From a virus (Duplodnaviria; Caudoviricetes): a stretch of DNA of 64,000 nucleotides. Where the stretch lies: IMG/VR virus record IMGVR_UViG_3300025150_000002, positions 32,001 to 96,000 of that record. The stretch is one strand, 5' to 3'. Within the stretch, counting starts at the first letter, position 1. Every line of letters begins with the position of its first letter. Below are positions 18,775 to 27,868 of this stretch, one piece after another. Below the pieces are notes generated by a model. That model saw only the letters and a program-made list of their open reading frames with translations, did not search any database and had not been told where the DNA came from. The translations under genes were made by a program, and so were the position numbers.

Positions 18775-19785
18775 GTGGGACTGTTCATGGCGCCATTCTC
18801 AGGGAACGCGGTTGGTGGAGGTGGTCACGGACTCATCGATCCACCACCCCCTGGTGTGGACCCTCAAAGCGGTCCCAGGAGCGAGGTTGATACGGTCAAT
18901 CGGTCACCTCTCCACTTGCTACGTACCACAATGAACAAGCACAAGCCGAAGATCATGAAGATCGTCCCACCTGGTCAACAGCGCGGTGCGCTCGCGCCTC
19001 CATACGCCTGGGAGCCGCGCGAGCGCGATGATTGGAAGTATGCGCTGTCCCAACCAAAGAGCGGCCTGAAGGAGGCTCAGGGCGAGTTCAGTACTCGTGT
19101 GGTGCCGCCCAGAGCCCCTAAGCCGCTGGAACACCCAAGTGGCGGGTTTAACACTCCGCGACGCGGTGACACGCGTCGTCTCAAGCGACCTGTTGATCCC
19201 CGTCATACCCGTGTCGAGCAAATCAGGGCGGAGCTTCAGAAGCTCCACCAGGAGGTGCGCGCTCTCATGGCCAGACAGCGCGACCTCGTTCAACAGGGTA
19301 AGCGTCAGTTGACGACTCAGCCGGCGAGTTCGACCCCGCAGGGCTCGTTCAAGGGCACAGGGTCTTCAGACCCGGGGCACTGGGGTCCGCGCGAGGCTCT
19401 CTGCAGGTCGGAGCTGTTCCTTGTAGAGGCCGACTACACTCCCTTTGGGATCCAGCGAGGGCCAGGTGATGATCCTCATCCCTCCGCTGAGGGGACCCCT
19501 GAGCTGGCAAAGGATGAGAAGGGTCCGGATGTTCTGAGGCGTGAGTTCTTCCGAGAGCGGCGCGCGCGGCTGAACCTACCACTCGGACTGAGTCCGAAAA
19601 AGGAGCCGCCGAAGCAGTCCGCCGAGATCATCCAAATTCATCAGCGCGTCGCGCAGGCGCAGGCTCGCATCCACCAGCTCACTCAGGAGCTGCAGCAACT
19701 ACGCCAGCAGATGCGGACCGCAAAGTCAGAGTCTGTTGGACTCGGTTCTAACAACATACACCGCACAGTCCTACTGTTGAAGTAG
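18775..19785 (+). CDS. Pro/Arg-rich coiled-coil hypothetical protein
   Basis: 336-aa ORF collinear with the cluster; two heptad-like segments. Confidence 0.65.
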   Translation: MGLFMAPFSGNAVGGGGHGLIDPPPPGVDPQSGPRSEVDTVNRSPLHLLRTTMNKHKPKIMKIVPPGQQRGALAPPYAWEPRERDDWKYALSQPKSGLKEAQGEFSTRVVPPRAPKPLEHPSGGFNTPRRGDTRRLKRPVDPRHTRVEQIRAELQKLHQEVRALMARQRDLVQQGKRQLTTQPASSTPQGSFKGTGSSDPGHWGPREALCRSELFLVEADYTPFGIQRGPGDDPHPSAEGTPELAKDEKGPDVLRREFFRERRARLNLPLGLSPKKEPPKQSAEIIQIHQRVAQAQARIHQLTQELQQLRQQMRTAKSESVGLGSNNIHRTVLLLK

Positions 19786-19789
19786 ACTA

Positions 19790-21475
19790 GTGAGTGATGC
19801 AGAATACGGTGAAGAGGTCAACATGAGCGCCAACGACGCGATTAGCATGATCCTGCACAATTCCACTGGTAAGCGCGCCAGTGGGCGAGAGATGTTGGTC
19901 TCCGAGAAGCGCTCGATCTTGGACCCCAAGATTGCCGCTGGCCTAAGGGAGCAGTGGAATAGTGCCGGTCGCGATAACGCGAAGGTGTTGATGCACCTGA
20001 CCGAGAACGACGGTGCAAATTCCTTCTACGTCACCGGTTGGGACGGCAAGGACAAGTTCGTGGCTCTCACCGAGTCCGGCCTAACCTATGTCGACTACCG
20101 GAAGCTGGAGAAGATGGCGCATGACGCCGACTGGAACCCAGAGACCCGACTGATCGAGGTCCGCACTCCTCTTCTTCGTGAGAACATGGAGCGGACCGAC
20201 ATCGACATGCTCTTGGATCGTATCAAGAAGACGTTGACCAAGAGCAACAAGACGCGGCGAAAGAGCCGTCTCCGGAACATGGGGAAGTTCTTCGACGTGT
20301 CTGTAGTCGAGTCCGACACCAACGCGGAGAAGGCGGCCAACTCGGGCCCAGATTCCGAGATGGAGTTCGAGAAGGTCAAGGAAAAGGACGACCGTGTCCC
20401 TGAGGGGCCTAAGGCACCGAGCACGACTAAGCTTCCAACGGGACGCTTCAAGGAGTCCTTCAGCTGGGATCAGCTAGACGCCAACGGTCGCCCGGTTCGC
20501 CGTGGCCTGCAACATCCTTGGATGGAGTCCAACAAGACCGAGCCTCAACTCGACAAGCGTCAGCATGTCCGTCAGAACTCAGAGGGGTCAGGCGGCTCCG
20601 GCTCCGGCACCCCAGGTGGTAACAAAACCGACGCACAGTTGAGCGATCGCGAGCAGATCGATGTTCGGAGTGAGTCGAACCAGACTCAGCCTCAGCTCGA
20701 TAAGCGTCAACATGTGCGCCTGAACAAGGAGAGCGGCCCCAGTTGTGGCGTTACTCTTGGCGGTAACAAGACCGACGCTCAGCTGACCGACCGTGAGCAG
20801 GTCGATGTAAGGAGCGAGGCTCAGTCACTGGGCGCGAAGGACTCGTCCGATCGTTCGGACGATGAGGATACGACGACCTATGCTGGGGAGACCGGCAAGG
20901 ACAAGGAGTTCTCATCCCGTCCGAAGATCGCGGTTCGGCATGAGGCCCTGAACCTGAAGAGCAAGGGCAAGAGTCTCTTCGGCCCGGATGCTTCAAAGAA
21001 GGCCCCCATGGGTGCCAAGAAGCCCCTTCTGATGCTCGTGCTCATGAGTAAGGGAAAGAAGGCTCCGAAGCGGACCATGTCCGAGGGAACCACCTTCTGC
21101 CCACGCTGCGCGGGAACCCACGCCGACGACGGTCACCCCAAGGCGAAGTTCGGCCCCATGCGCGGCCTGTTTCCCGCTCCTCCCAAGACGAGGCCCGGTC
21201 AGGCACCCGAGGAGTCGTGCCCGACCTGCGCGGCTAAGCGGGCACAGACCGGTGGAGGCCTGAAGCTCAGGCTGCAGATGGGCAAGAAGCCACCGAGCAC
21301 TTTCGAGTCACGTCTAAACCGCTCCTCACTTCGTCTGGCCGAGGGCAAGATGCCTGAGTCCTTTTTGGCTAACATCGAGAAGATGCGCGCCAAGGGAAAA
21401 GGATCGGCCGACAAGAGCGGTGCTCCAGCCTTCGGCAAGAAGAAGAGTAAGTTCAACCTCAGCAAGGGTCTCTAG
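19790..21475 (+). CDS. hypothetical protein, probable head-internal protein with internal duplication
   Basis: 561 aa; many xxE-S/G motifs; 48-49 aa duplication. Confidence 0.7.
   Translation: MSDAEYGEEVNMSANDAISMILHNSTGKRASGREMLVSEKRSILDPKIAAGLREQWNSAGRDNAKVLMHLTENDGANSFYVTGWDGKDKFVALTESGLTYVDYRKLEKMAHDADWNPETRLIEVRTPLLRENMERTDIDMLLDRIKKTLTKSNKTRRKSRLRNMGKFFDVSVVESDTNAEKAANSGPDSEMEFEKVKEKDDRVPEGPKAPSTTKLPTGRFKESFSWDQLDANGRPVRRGLQHPWMESNKTEPQLDKRQHVRQNSEGSGGSGSGTPGGNKTDAQLSDREQIDVRSESNQTQPQLDKRQHVRLNKESGPSCGVTLGGNKTDAQLTDREQVDVRSEAQSLGAKDSSDRSDDEDTTTYAGETGKDKEFSSRPKIAVRHEALNLKSKGKSLFGPDASKKAPMGAKKPLLMLVLMSKGKKAPKRTMSEGTTFCPRCAGTHADDGHPKAKFGPMRGLFPAPPKTRPGQAPEESCPTCAAKRAQTGGGLKLRLQMGKKPPSTFESRLNRSSLRLAEGKMPESFLANIEKMRAKGKGSADKSGAPAFGKKKSKFNLSKGL
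20525..20815 (+). repeat. tandem duplication (147 + 144 bp) within CDS
   Basis: ESNKTEPQLDKRQHVR...GGNKTDAQLSDREQIDVRS followed by ESNQTQPQLDKRQHVR...GGNKTDAQLTDREQVDVRS. Confidence 0.9.
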
Positions 21476-21500
21476 ACATCTCGTCAATCAAAGAGGTGCG

Positions 21501-21875
21501 ATGAGCAACCACAACCTGAGAACACAAGCTGAAGAGCTCGAAGCGCTGCTATCCGCGTCACCACGAGTGATGGCGACAGCGCCGCACATCGACGAGTCCT
21601 ATCTCGTGGCTGCTGCATCGGTTGAATCCCCTGAGGCCGAGGCAGTGAACGAGGACAGCTCGCTACTGCCCGAGCTGGTACGCTCGATAGTGGACTACGC
21701 CATCCGCCGTGCACCCGCTACGGCGTCCGCGAGCGCTATCGGTGAGGCCATCGGCGAGGGTGTGTTCGAAGCAGCCAACCAGTTGAAGCTCGATGATGGG
21801 AAGCTTGTGGAAGCCGTGGACGCCTTCCTAAACGAGCTTCACGAGTCAGTGCTCGACGTTCTGGCCGGAAAGTGA
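21501..21875 (+). CDS. acidic helical hypothetical protein (scaffold-like)
   Basis: GAGG RBS before ATG 21501; IDE-S, VNE-D, LVE-A, LHE-S motifs. Confidence 0.7.
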   Translation: MSNHNLRTQAEELEALLSASPRVMATAPHIDESYLVAAASVESPEAEAVNEDSSLLPELVRSIVDYAIRRAPATASASAIGEAIGEGVFEAANQLKLDDGKLVEAVDAFLNELHESVLDVLAGK

Positions 21876-21879
21876 CCCG

Positions 21880-22203
21880 ATGCGCCGTCACAAACTGATT
21901 TGTTTGGAGAAGGCGGGCTTAGTCCAAGAGGTTCGTGATTGCGGCTATGGCGCTGCCGTGACGTCCGGGATGTCCGAGCTTAACCCGTCCGGAGATGGAG
22001 TTGAAGACGAGCGCCTGCGCGCCTACATGATCCGAAAGGCGCGAGAAGACGCCATTGCCCGCGACCGACGCATGCGCCGGCTTCGCAAGCTCGCCCGCAT
22101 GGACTTCAAGATGGTCGGTGGCGTGGCGCCTATTGGGTTCTATGGCGGCGGGGGCGGCGAGGGCTCGTCAATGCGTCCCGGCAGCATGTCCGCCCGAAGC
22201 TAA
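21880..22203 (+). CDS. hypothetical protein
   Basis: 107-aa ORF at the end of the plus-strand run. Confidence 0.55.
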   Translation: MRRHKLICLEKAGLVQEVRDCGYGAAVTSGMSELNPSGDGVEDERLRAYMIRKAREDAIARDRRMRRLRKLARMDFKMVGGVAPIGFYGGGGGEGSSMRPGSMSARS

Positions 22204-23219
22204 CCCTTCTTGTAGCAAGCCCTCATGCAGCGCGTCACAAAGATGCTGTGCTGCTCTCGCTTCGGCTCCTCCCAGAGGGATCCGGTCAGGTGTCCGAGAG
22301 TGGTTGCGATAGACATCCGAACATCATCGAACTTGAGTGCGTCACGGGCCAGGAACTCGCAAACAGTCTCCCTATAGCCATCAGGGTCGTTCTTGACGTT
22401 CTCGGACTTGAGGATATCGCGGACCGTCGGCCAGTCCTTCTCGACCAGTCCCTTCACCAGCGCGAAGATATCCGGCGATCCTGTGCTTATCTCCTCCTCG
22501 GCGGTGTCCGAGCCCACTTTGTAGGTTCCGCGCAGGAAGGACTCCAGCAGAACGAGCAGGTCTCGAACCGATCCGTTTGCTCGACGGAAGAGGTCCTCAG
22601 ACGTGGCATCGTCCGGTAGATCGCGCTTTTCGTCCTCGCAAACCTGCTCGATGATCGAGCCACACTGCTTCATAGTCATGCGGCGGAAATTGATCTTCGC
22701 GCATCGTCCTAACAGGGTACGTTTGAGTCCCTTCTTGTTGGTTGTGCACAAGAAGATCAACGAGTGCTCGACCGGCTCCTCCAGGACCTTGTTGAGAAGC
22801 TCCTGGGCTTGGGGGGTTATCTGTTGTGCCTCGTCGAAGACGTAAACCTTACGCTTGAAGAAGTTAGGGTAGGTCCGCATGTCCGACGTAATGGCGCGCA
22901 TGTCATCGATGCCGCGACAGTCAGCGCCGTTGATCTCCATGAAATCTGGATTACCCTCCATGGTCCTGCATGGAGAGCACTGGAGGCACGGGTTAGCCGT
23001 GTCAGCCTCGCAGACAGACATCCTGGCGATGATCCTGGCCAGGGTCGTCTTACCGCAGCCGGTAATCCCCTCGAAAAGCCACACCCGTGAGGCGTTGGGA
23101 TCGCTAAGGATCGACTGGGCGTCCTTCAGGTGGAAGGTGGGGCAGATTTCGTTCAGGCGCTGCGGTCGATACCGTGTCTTGAGGTCGCCTAAGCCGCGAG
23201 CGGTAATGCGGAATACCAT
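22200..23219 (-). CDS. dnaX: DNA polymerase III gamma/tau-like clamp loader AAA+ ATPase (short form)
   Basis: GITGCGKTT Walker A, C...CLQCSPC Zn motif, EINGAD, VFDEAQ Walker B, GRC (SRC-type) motif, GSVRD sensor 2. Confidence 0.88.
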   Translation of the reverse strand: MVFRITARGLGDLKTRYRPQRLNEICPTFHLKDAQSILSDPNASRVWLFEGITGCGKTTLARIIARMSVCEADTANPCLQCSPCRTMEGNPDFMEINGADCRGIDDMRAITSDMRTYPNFFKRKVYVFDEAQQITPQAQELLNKVLEEPVEHSLIFLCTTNKKGLKRTLLGRCAKINFRRMTMKQCGSIIEQVCEDEKRDLPDDATSEDLFRRANGSVRDLLVLLESFLRGTYKVGSDTAEEEISTGSPDIFALVKGLVEKDWPTVRDILKSENVKNDPDGYRETVCEFLARDALKFDDVRMSIATTLGHLTGSLWEEPKREQHSIFVTRCMRACYKKG

Positions 23220-23241
23220 GGTTGTGTTCTACCCATAAACC

Positions 23242-23272
23242 AAAGAAAGAGGACCCCTGACGGGGCCCTCTT
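23242..23272 (-). terminator. rho-independent terminator after nrdJ
   Basis: GAGGgCCCC-gtca-GGGGtCCTC stem followed by TTTCTTT on the minus strand. Confidence 0.75.
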
Positions 23273-23303
23273 CCCTTCCGATCACCTCCTGCATAGGAAC
23301 AAG

Positions 23304-26300
23304 CTATGGAAGAGCCTGATCCTTAGTGGCCCGAGCTGGCACGACACACGAGTCGCCGTCGCAATACTTCGGCGTCGCGTCGATGTCATGCCCGATGTTG
23401 TTGAAACTAGCATCACCAAGGAGCGATGACGCGGCCTCGTATTCCTCCTTCGTGATGGTGATGTATGGCGCCTGTTCGTAGCCGTGGTCGTCCAATGGGA
23501 GAAACGAGACCGTCTTCATGCGGCCCTCGTAGAGCTCCAGGCAGCGCTGGATGTCGCTCGCCTCTTCAGGCTTGAACGTGACAGTGACCGACACGCTGTT
23601 GTCGGACCACACCTTCTGCATCTGGGCCGCGTTCTCCATCTGCTCCCAGATGGAGACCTCGGACTTGCCACGATCGAAAAGCTGTGCCTTGATCGGGAAA
23701 TAGATGACGGCGGTTCGACCGTGCTGGTCATAGACGTCGTCCTCAACACGGTAGCCAGCGTTGCGATACTCCTCGACGATCGGGTTGTGCTTCGCAACAC
23801 GAACCGTGCGAAAGTAGTAATCGGCGTGCTCGAAGTGAATGCCAGGGGTAACCCCAGGCAGAAGCGACGTCGTCCCGGCTGGCTTGACCGTTGTCTTCTT
23901 GATGGACTTACGAACGCAGAGCCACTCCGAGTAGATGCGATCCAGCTTGGTAACGTAGGCGTAGCCCTGGTCGCACCAGGTAAAGTGCTTGCGTCGGCCG
24001 TGGCGCTTGAAACTCTGGACGATCCCCGACTGACTGAGACCGATCCGACGGTTACGAAGCATAACCGCGTTGGTCTTAGGGTTGTGAGTCGGGATGAGGG
24101 AGACCGTCTTGGCGTAGAGGTAGGCGTACTTAATTGTGCGCTCAAACTCTTCGTAGCTGCTGTGACGGCTTGGAAACAATTCTACGAGGTTGCACTGGTA
24201 CGTGAGGACGTTGCCGAAGACCGCCATGTGGTTCTCCGGCTCCTCGAAGCAGTAGGTAGTGTGTTTGCCGGACAAGCGCTCGACGCTTATAACTTTCTGC
24301 TTACGCGCACGATCGATCGAAGCTCCATCTGGATAGGCGTTGTTTACCGCATAGCGAGGTCCGATGGCGTCGATGGTCTTGAGTCGGGTGGGGATCTCAG
24401 CACACTCATAGCTCGGAATCTGGCAGTACCAGAGGTCGTAGTTGCGCTCACCGAAGTTCGTGACATCGCCCTCTTCGCCGAAGAGTCGAATCGTAGAGTG
24501 GTTTATGCCAATTCTGCGGAGTAGGATTTGGAGGTCCCGCATCTTCGACTCGGCGCCGTAGATACGATAGCCCTCAGCTTTCACGCCCTTGTTGGTGATG
24601 GTTCCGTCCGACTCGATCCAACCGGCCACGAACTGGAGAGTCGACTCCCGGTCCATGTTGAACACTGACTGCGGAAGTCCGTTCGTCTTATCGTTGATGT
24701 GAGTGGCATCCTCCATCGTCAGTAGACCGCGCAGGCAGAGTCGGTTGTAGGGAGCAGAGTAGCCCTCCAAGATCTGAGGCTTGTACCACACGCCACCAAC
24801 GTCCAGATCCTTGAGCGCACCCTTCTCGCCACAGATAGCGACCATTGGGTAGTCAGCCTGCTTCTCGATATACCCGTCACCGGCGAACAAACCCCACTCG
24901 AATGCGTTCGGCTCGTGGCGACCGCTGATTGGGGCCGAGATGTCGAACTCAACGACCTTGTCGCCGGACTTGAGATTCTGTGTCTCAACCCGACGGAAGA
25001 CTTGCTTACCAGAGGGCCTGACGTGCCAACCATGATTGGCGGTACAGTCAAGGTAGGACCCGTCCGAGAGTGTCACTCGGTAAAGATCTCGTCCCAGCCC
25101 CGTGATACGCGGCTCAACGGTGGACCAGCTATCACCGTTCCACACGTCGACCTTCTTCCCGACGAGGTCTTCGATCGGGAGAACTCCGGTCCTGGTTTGA
25201 ATCTTCGTCTGCCCACTAACGCACAGTTCGTAGCTCTCCAGACTGATCTCAGCGCATGGGTTAAACCCGAGCACTCGATGGTCGTTGCACGGTTCACCCA
25301 TACGGCCGAACTTGCGGGCGTTATCGAGCCATATGTAGCCTGGCTCACCAGCCTTCGCAGAGATGGCCGCTGTCTGGGTGTAGTCCATGCCTACATCGGC
25401 TAGGACGCTGTTGTTGCTAGCCCATCGATGGGTCTTCATGGCCGCTGAGTTGAGAGCCGGGTTCTTCAGGTTGAGGAACCCCTCATCAGTGCCATCTCCG
25501 AACATAATGATCGCGGTTCTTCTGATGTTACCCGCTACGACACAAACACCAATCAGATCGCAGAGGTCGACGATGGCCTCAGACGTGATTGGCTTACCGA
25601 TCAGCGGCTCCAGAACACGTCTGACCTCAAAGATGAGCTTGATGAGCGGGTCTGGTCCCGAAGCTGTACCACCAAACCCCTTGATGAGAGAGCCGTAGGG
25701 GCGGACCTTGCTGTAGTCGATCTCCTTCGGCAGCGAGCCGTTACCGACGTAGGCCTCCAGCACACGGAAGAGGATGTCCACCCAGCCCTCACGGCTGTCC
25801 TCGACGACATGAGTGTCATCGCCCTGGGCGGGCCGCACGATCGTGACCTTGCCCGCGCCACGGCAGTCGCTGCCGACGCCAACACCCAGCATGGAGAAGT
25901 CCATGAGGAAGCAGAACGGCTCTGCGAAGGAGATGTCGATGTCCTGCGTGCTGGTGAACGCGCAGTTCGACGTGAGGATGAACCCGTCGATCACGAACTG
26001 CTCGTAGCCCGGAACCTCAGCGCACAGAACCGGCCACTCACCCGTGAGGCCAGCGATGGACTTGACCTTCATCCAGTCGCGCTTCGAGGTCCCGACCGCT
26101 GTCTCCCAGCGCTCACGCTGATCCTTGCGCAGGAAGAACTTGGAGTCGAGGTCGATCGGCGTGATCTTGATGGCGTAGAGAGCGCTACGGTCCTCCACGA
26201 GGTTGTTCGTGGCCCCAGCCTGGATCGTCTCGATCGGCTCCGACACGCGCACACCCAGATCGCGGAAGAGCTTCGCAACCTCAACGAGCTCATCACGGCG

Positions 26301-27386
26301 AGCCGACGAGATCGAGACGTTGCCCTTCTCATCGACATGCCCATCAGCTGCCACATAGCCGGAGAGGAAGCCCCACACGTAGCGCTGATCCTTCTGGTAG
26401 TCACCGGTCGGAACAGAGCCCCACGCGATGGGGCACTGCCGCAGCACCAGCTCGCCATCACGCGTAACAGCGTCCAGGACATCGGCAGCCGCAACCAGCT
26501 GAGCCACATCGGCCTTGGCGCCGAACAGGTGGAGCTCACCGTTGGACCGCGTGCCATCGCCGAAGAACATGCCGTGCAGGAAGCCGATGGGGCTCGGCTT
26601 GAAGTTCCGGTAAGGCTTCACGATCGGAACGTAGTCGCCGACACGGAGCTCCTCGGTCGCGACGCGCTCCCACTCCTGCTTGGTTGTCCGACGCCGGAAC
26701 CAGCGGTGGTTCTGAGACGAGACGATCTTGGTCGCGTTGCCGCTGCGGTCCTCGAACTCGATCTCCAGGCAGGGGTGCCGCTCGACGTGAGAGATGTTGG
26801 CCTCGACCCACTTGGAGGTCGAGACGCCGGCAGCACGGGAGACGTTCTTCGCGTGCGATCCGTAGTCGTAGGCAGACGAGAGGACGTGAACCTTCTGCCC
26901 CTCGATGTCACCGAGCCGCGTCCACCCGTGCTCACGGGTGAGGATCTTCGTGTCCTCGTGCAGCGGGTTGTTAAGAGCTGCACTACCGTGCCTCTCGACG
27001 TAGTCCGTACCCATCATCCAGAGGCCGCGCCCGCCAGGCAGGAACTTGAAGTCCCACATCAGGCGGAACATGGTCTGCGCGCTACGCTGCGCCTTACCAT
27101 CAGACCACGGGAGGTTGTGATGGCGGCAGTGCCACTTCTGGATGGAGTAGATGCCGTTGACGATTCGCTCCAGCGTCTGCCAGAACTCCTCTGTCTTGTC
27201 GTTTGTCTCGGAAACCGGCCGCGCGTACGTGCGCTTGAAGGTGAAAAGACCTACTGGACCCCAGTCGGGTTCTCGCCCTTCAAAGGTCGATAGGAACTCA
27301 GGGTCGAGGCGGAACCTGTCGAGCTCTTGAACGCTGATTACGGGTCGCTTGATGGCGTTCGAGTAGTACGAAGTGGTCCCGCTCAT
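23304..27386 (-). CDS. nrdJ: class II (AdoCbl-dependent, monomeric RTPR-type) ribonucleotide reductase with two inteins
   Basis: LPGGRGLW, NNCAF (reconstituted), FNPCAEI, ELCNL (reconstituted), TTVKPAGT, C-terminal CDGDSC; about 683 aa after splicing. Confidence 0.95.
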   Translation of the reverse strand: MSGTTSYYSNAIKRPVISVQELDRFRLDPEFLSTFEGREPDWGPVGLFTFKRTYARPVSETNDKTEEFWQTLERIVNGIYSIQKWHCRHHNLPWSDGKAQRSAQTMFRLMWDFKFLPGGRGLWMMGTDYVERHGSAALNNPLHEDTKILTREHGWTRLGDIEGQKVHVLSSAYDYGSHAKNVSRAAGVSTSKWVEANISHVERHPCLEIEFEDRSGNATKIVSSQNHRWFRRRTTKQEWERVATEELRVGDYVPIVKPYRNFKPSPIGFLHGMFFGDGTRSNGELHLFGAKADVAQLVAAADVLDAVTRDGELVLRQCPIAWGSVPTGDYQKDQRYVWGFLSGYVAADGHVDEKGNVSISSARRDELVEVAKLFRDLGVRVSEPIETIQAGATNNLVEDRSALYAIKITPIDLDSKFFLRKDQRERWETAVGTSKRDWMKVKSIAGLTGEWPVLCAEVPGYEQFVIDGFILTSNCAFTSTQDIDISFAEPFCFLMDFSMLGVGVGSDCRGAGKVTIVRPAQGDDTHVVEDSREGWVDILFRVLEAYVGNGSLPKEIDYSKVRPYGSLIKGFGGTASGPDPLIKLIFEVRRVLEPLIGKPITSEAIVDLCDLIGVCVVAGNIRRTAIIMFGDGTDEGFLNLKNPALNSAAMKTHRWASNNSVLADVGMDYTQTAAISAKAGEPGYIWLDNARKFGRMGEPCNDHRVLGFNPCAEISLESYELCVSGQTKIQTRTGVLPIEDLVGKKVDVWNGDSWSTVEPRITGLGRDLYRVTLSDGSYLDCTANHGWHVRPSGKQVFRRVETQNLKSGDKVVEFDISAPISGRHEPNAFEWGLFAGDGYIEKQADYPMVAICGEKGALKDLDVGGVWYKPQILEGYSAPYNRLCLRGLLTMEDATHINDKTNGLPQSVFNMDRESTLQFVAGWIESDGTITNKGVKAEGYRIYGAESKMRDLQILLRRIGINHSTIRLFGEEGDVTNFGERNYDLWYCQIPSYECAEIPTRLKTIDAIGPRYAVNNAYPDGASIDRARKQKVISVERLSGKHTTYCFEEPENHMAVFGNVLTYQCNLVELFPSRHSSYEEFERTIKYAYLYAKTVSLIPTHNPKTNAVMLRNRRIGLSQSGIVQSFKRHGRRKHFTWCDQGYAYVTKLDRIYSEWLCVRKSIKKTTVKPAGTTSLLPGVTPGIHFEHADYYFRTVRVAKHNPIVEEYRNAGYRVEDDVYDQHGRTAVIYFPIKAQLFDRGKSEVSIWEQMENAAQMQKVWSDNSVSVTVTFKPEEASDIQRCLELYEGRMKTVSFLPLDDHGYEQAPYITITKEEYEAASSLLGDASFNNIGHDIDATPKYCDGDSCVVPARATKDQALP
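24195..25223 (-). mobile_element. intein (343 aa) with LAGLIDADG endonuclease, C-terminal Gln
   Basis: Starts CVSGQT; CTANHGW; WGLFAGDG and FVAGWIESDG; TYCFEEP; ends VLTYQ followed by Cys. Confidence 0.92.
25965..26966 (-). mobile_element. class 3 intein (334 aa), Pro1, WCT triplet, LAGLIDADG endonuclease
   Basis: Starts PLHEDT; block B SQNHRW; block F VLCAEV; block G GFILTSN followed by Cys; FLHGMFFGDG and FLSGYVAADG. Confidence 0.9.
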
Positions 27387-27820
27387 GTAAGTCCCTTACG
27401 CAGTTCATGGCCACTGGATGTGGTTTGATGTGTAGGGATCGGAATGAGTGATGCGAACCTGCTCAACCACCCGACAACCCTCGCGACCACAGTCATAATA
27501 CCGCTCAACCCGCGCCAGTGGTGTCGCGGTTACAGGTTGACTGACTGCAGTGATAGACCGGTGTTATACCGGGTTCGATGAGCGGTTGAGATTGCGATCT
27601 CGATCGATGATCTGGTTTTAGTGAGGCTAACTTTGGGCTGTCTCACTGCTGCCACATCATTCTCTCGTCGTCGTTGTCGACCGCTACGCCTAATGTGATA
27701 ACCGCCCCATGCCGAGCTCGTCAAGTGTCCCCTGCTGCGAACGCGACAACCGACGCGTGGCGTTGAAGATGTAGTTTCGTCTCTCGCGAAGCGCATCGAT
27801 AGCGCTCTGGTGATGGAGGA

Positions 27821-27835
27821 TGAGTCTGCTAGAAT
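27821..27835 (+). promoter_or_regulatory. TGAGTCT-N3-AGAAT motif copy 1
   Basis: TGAGTCTGCTAGAAT; same motif at 33568, 40817, 46974, all intergenic. Confidence 0.55.
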
Positions 27836-27868
27836 ACACATCGCTAGACATTGCTCTGCGGAGAGACT

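Noticed and set aside
27411-27425. Possible NrdR box (ccaCtGgATgTgGtt) just upstream of nrdJ
   Set aside because: Partial match only, with no second box at the usual tandem spacing; cannot be told from chance.
27387-27850. Cobalamin riboswitch in the long nrdJ leader
   Set aside because: GCCACTG is on the wrong strand and the other conserved B12-element motifs are absent on the minus strand.
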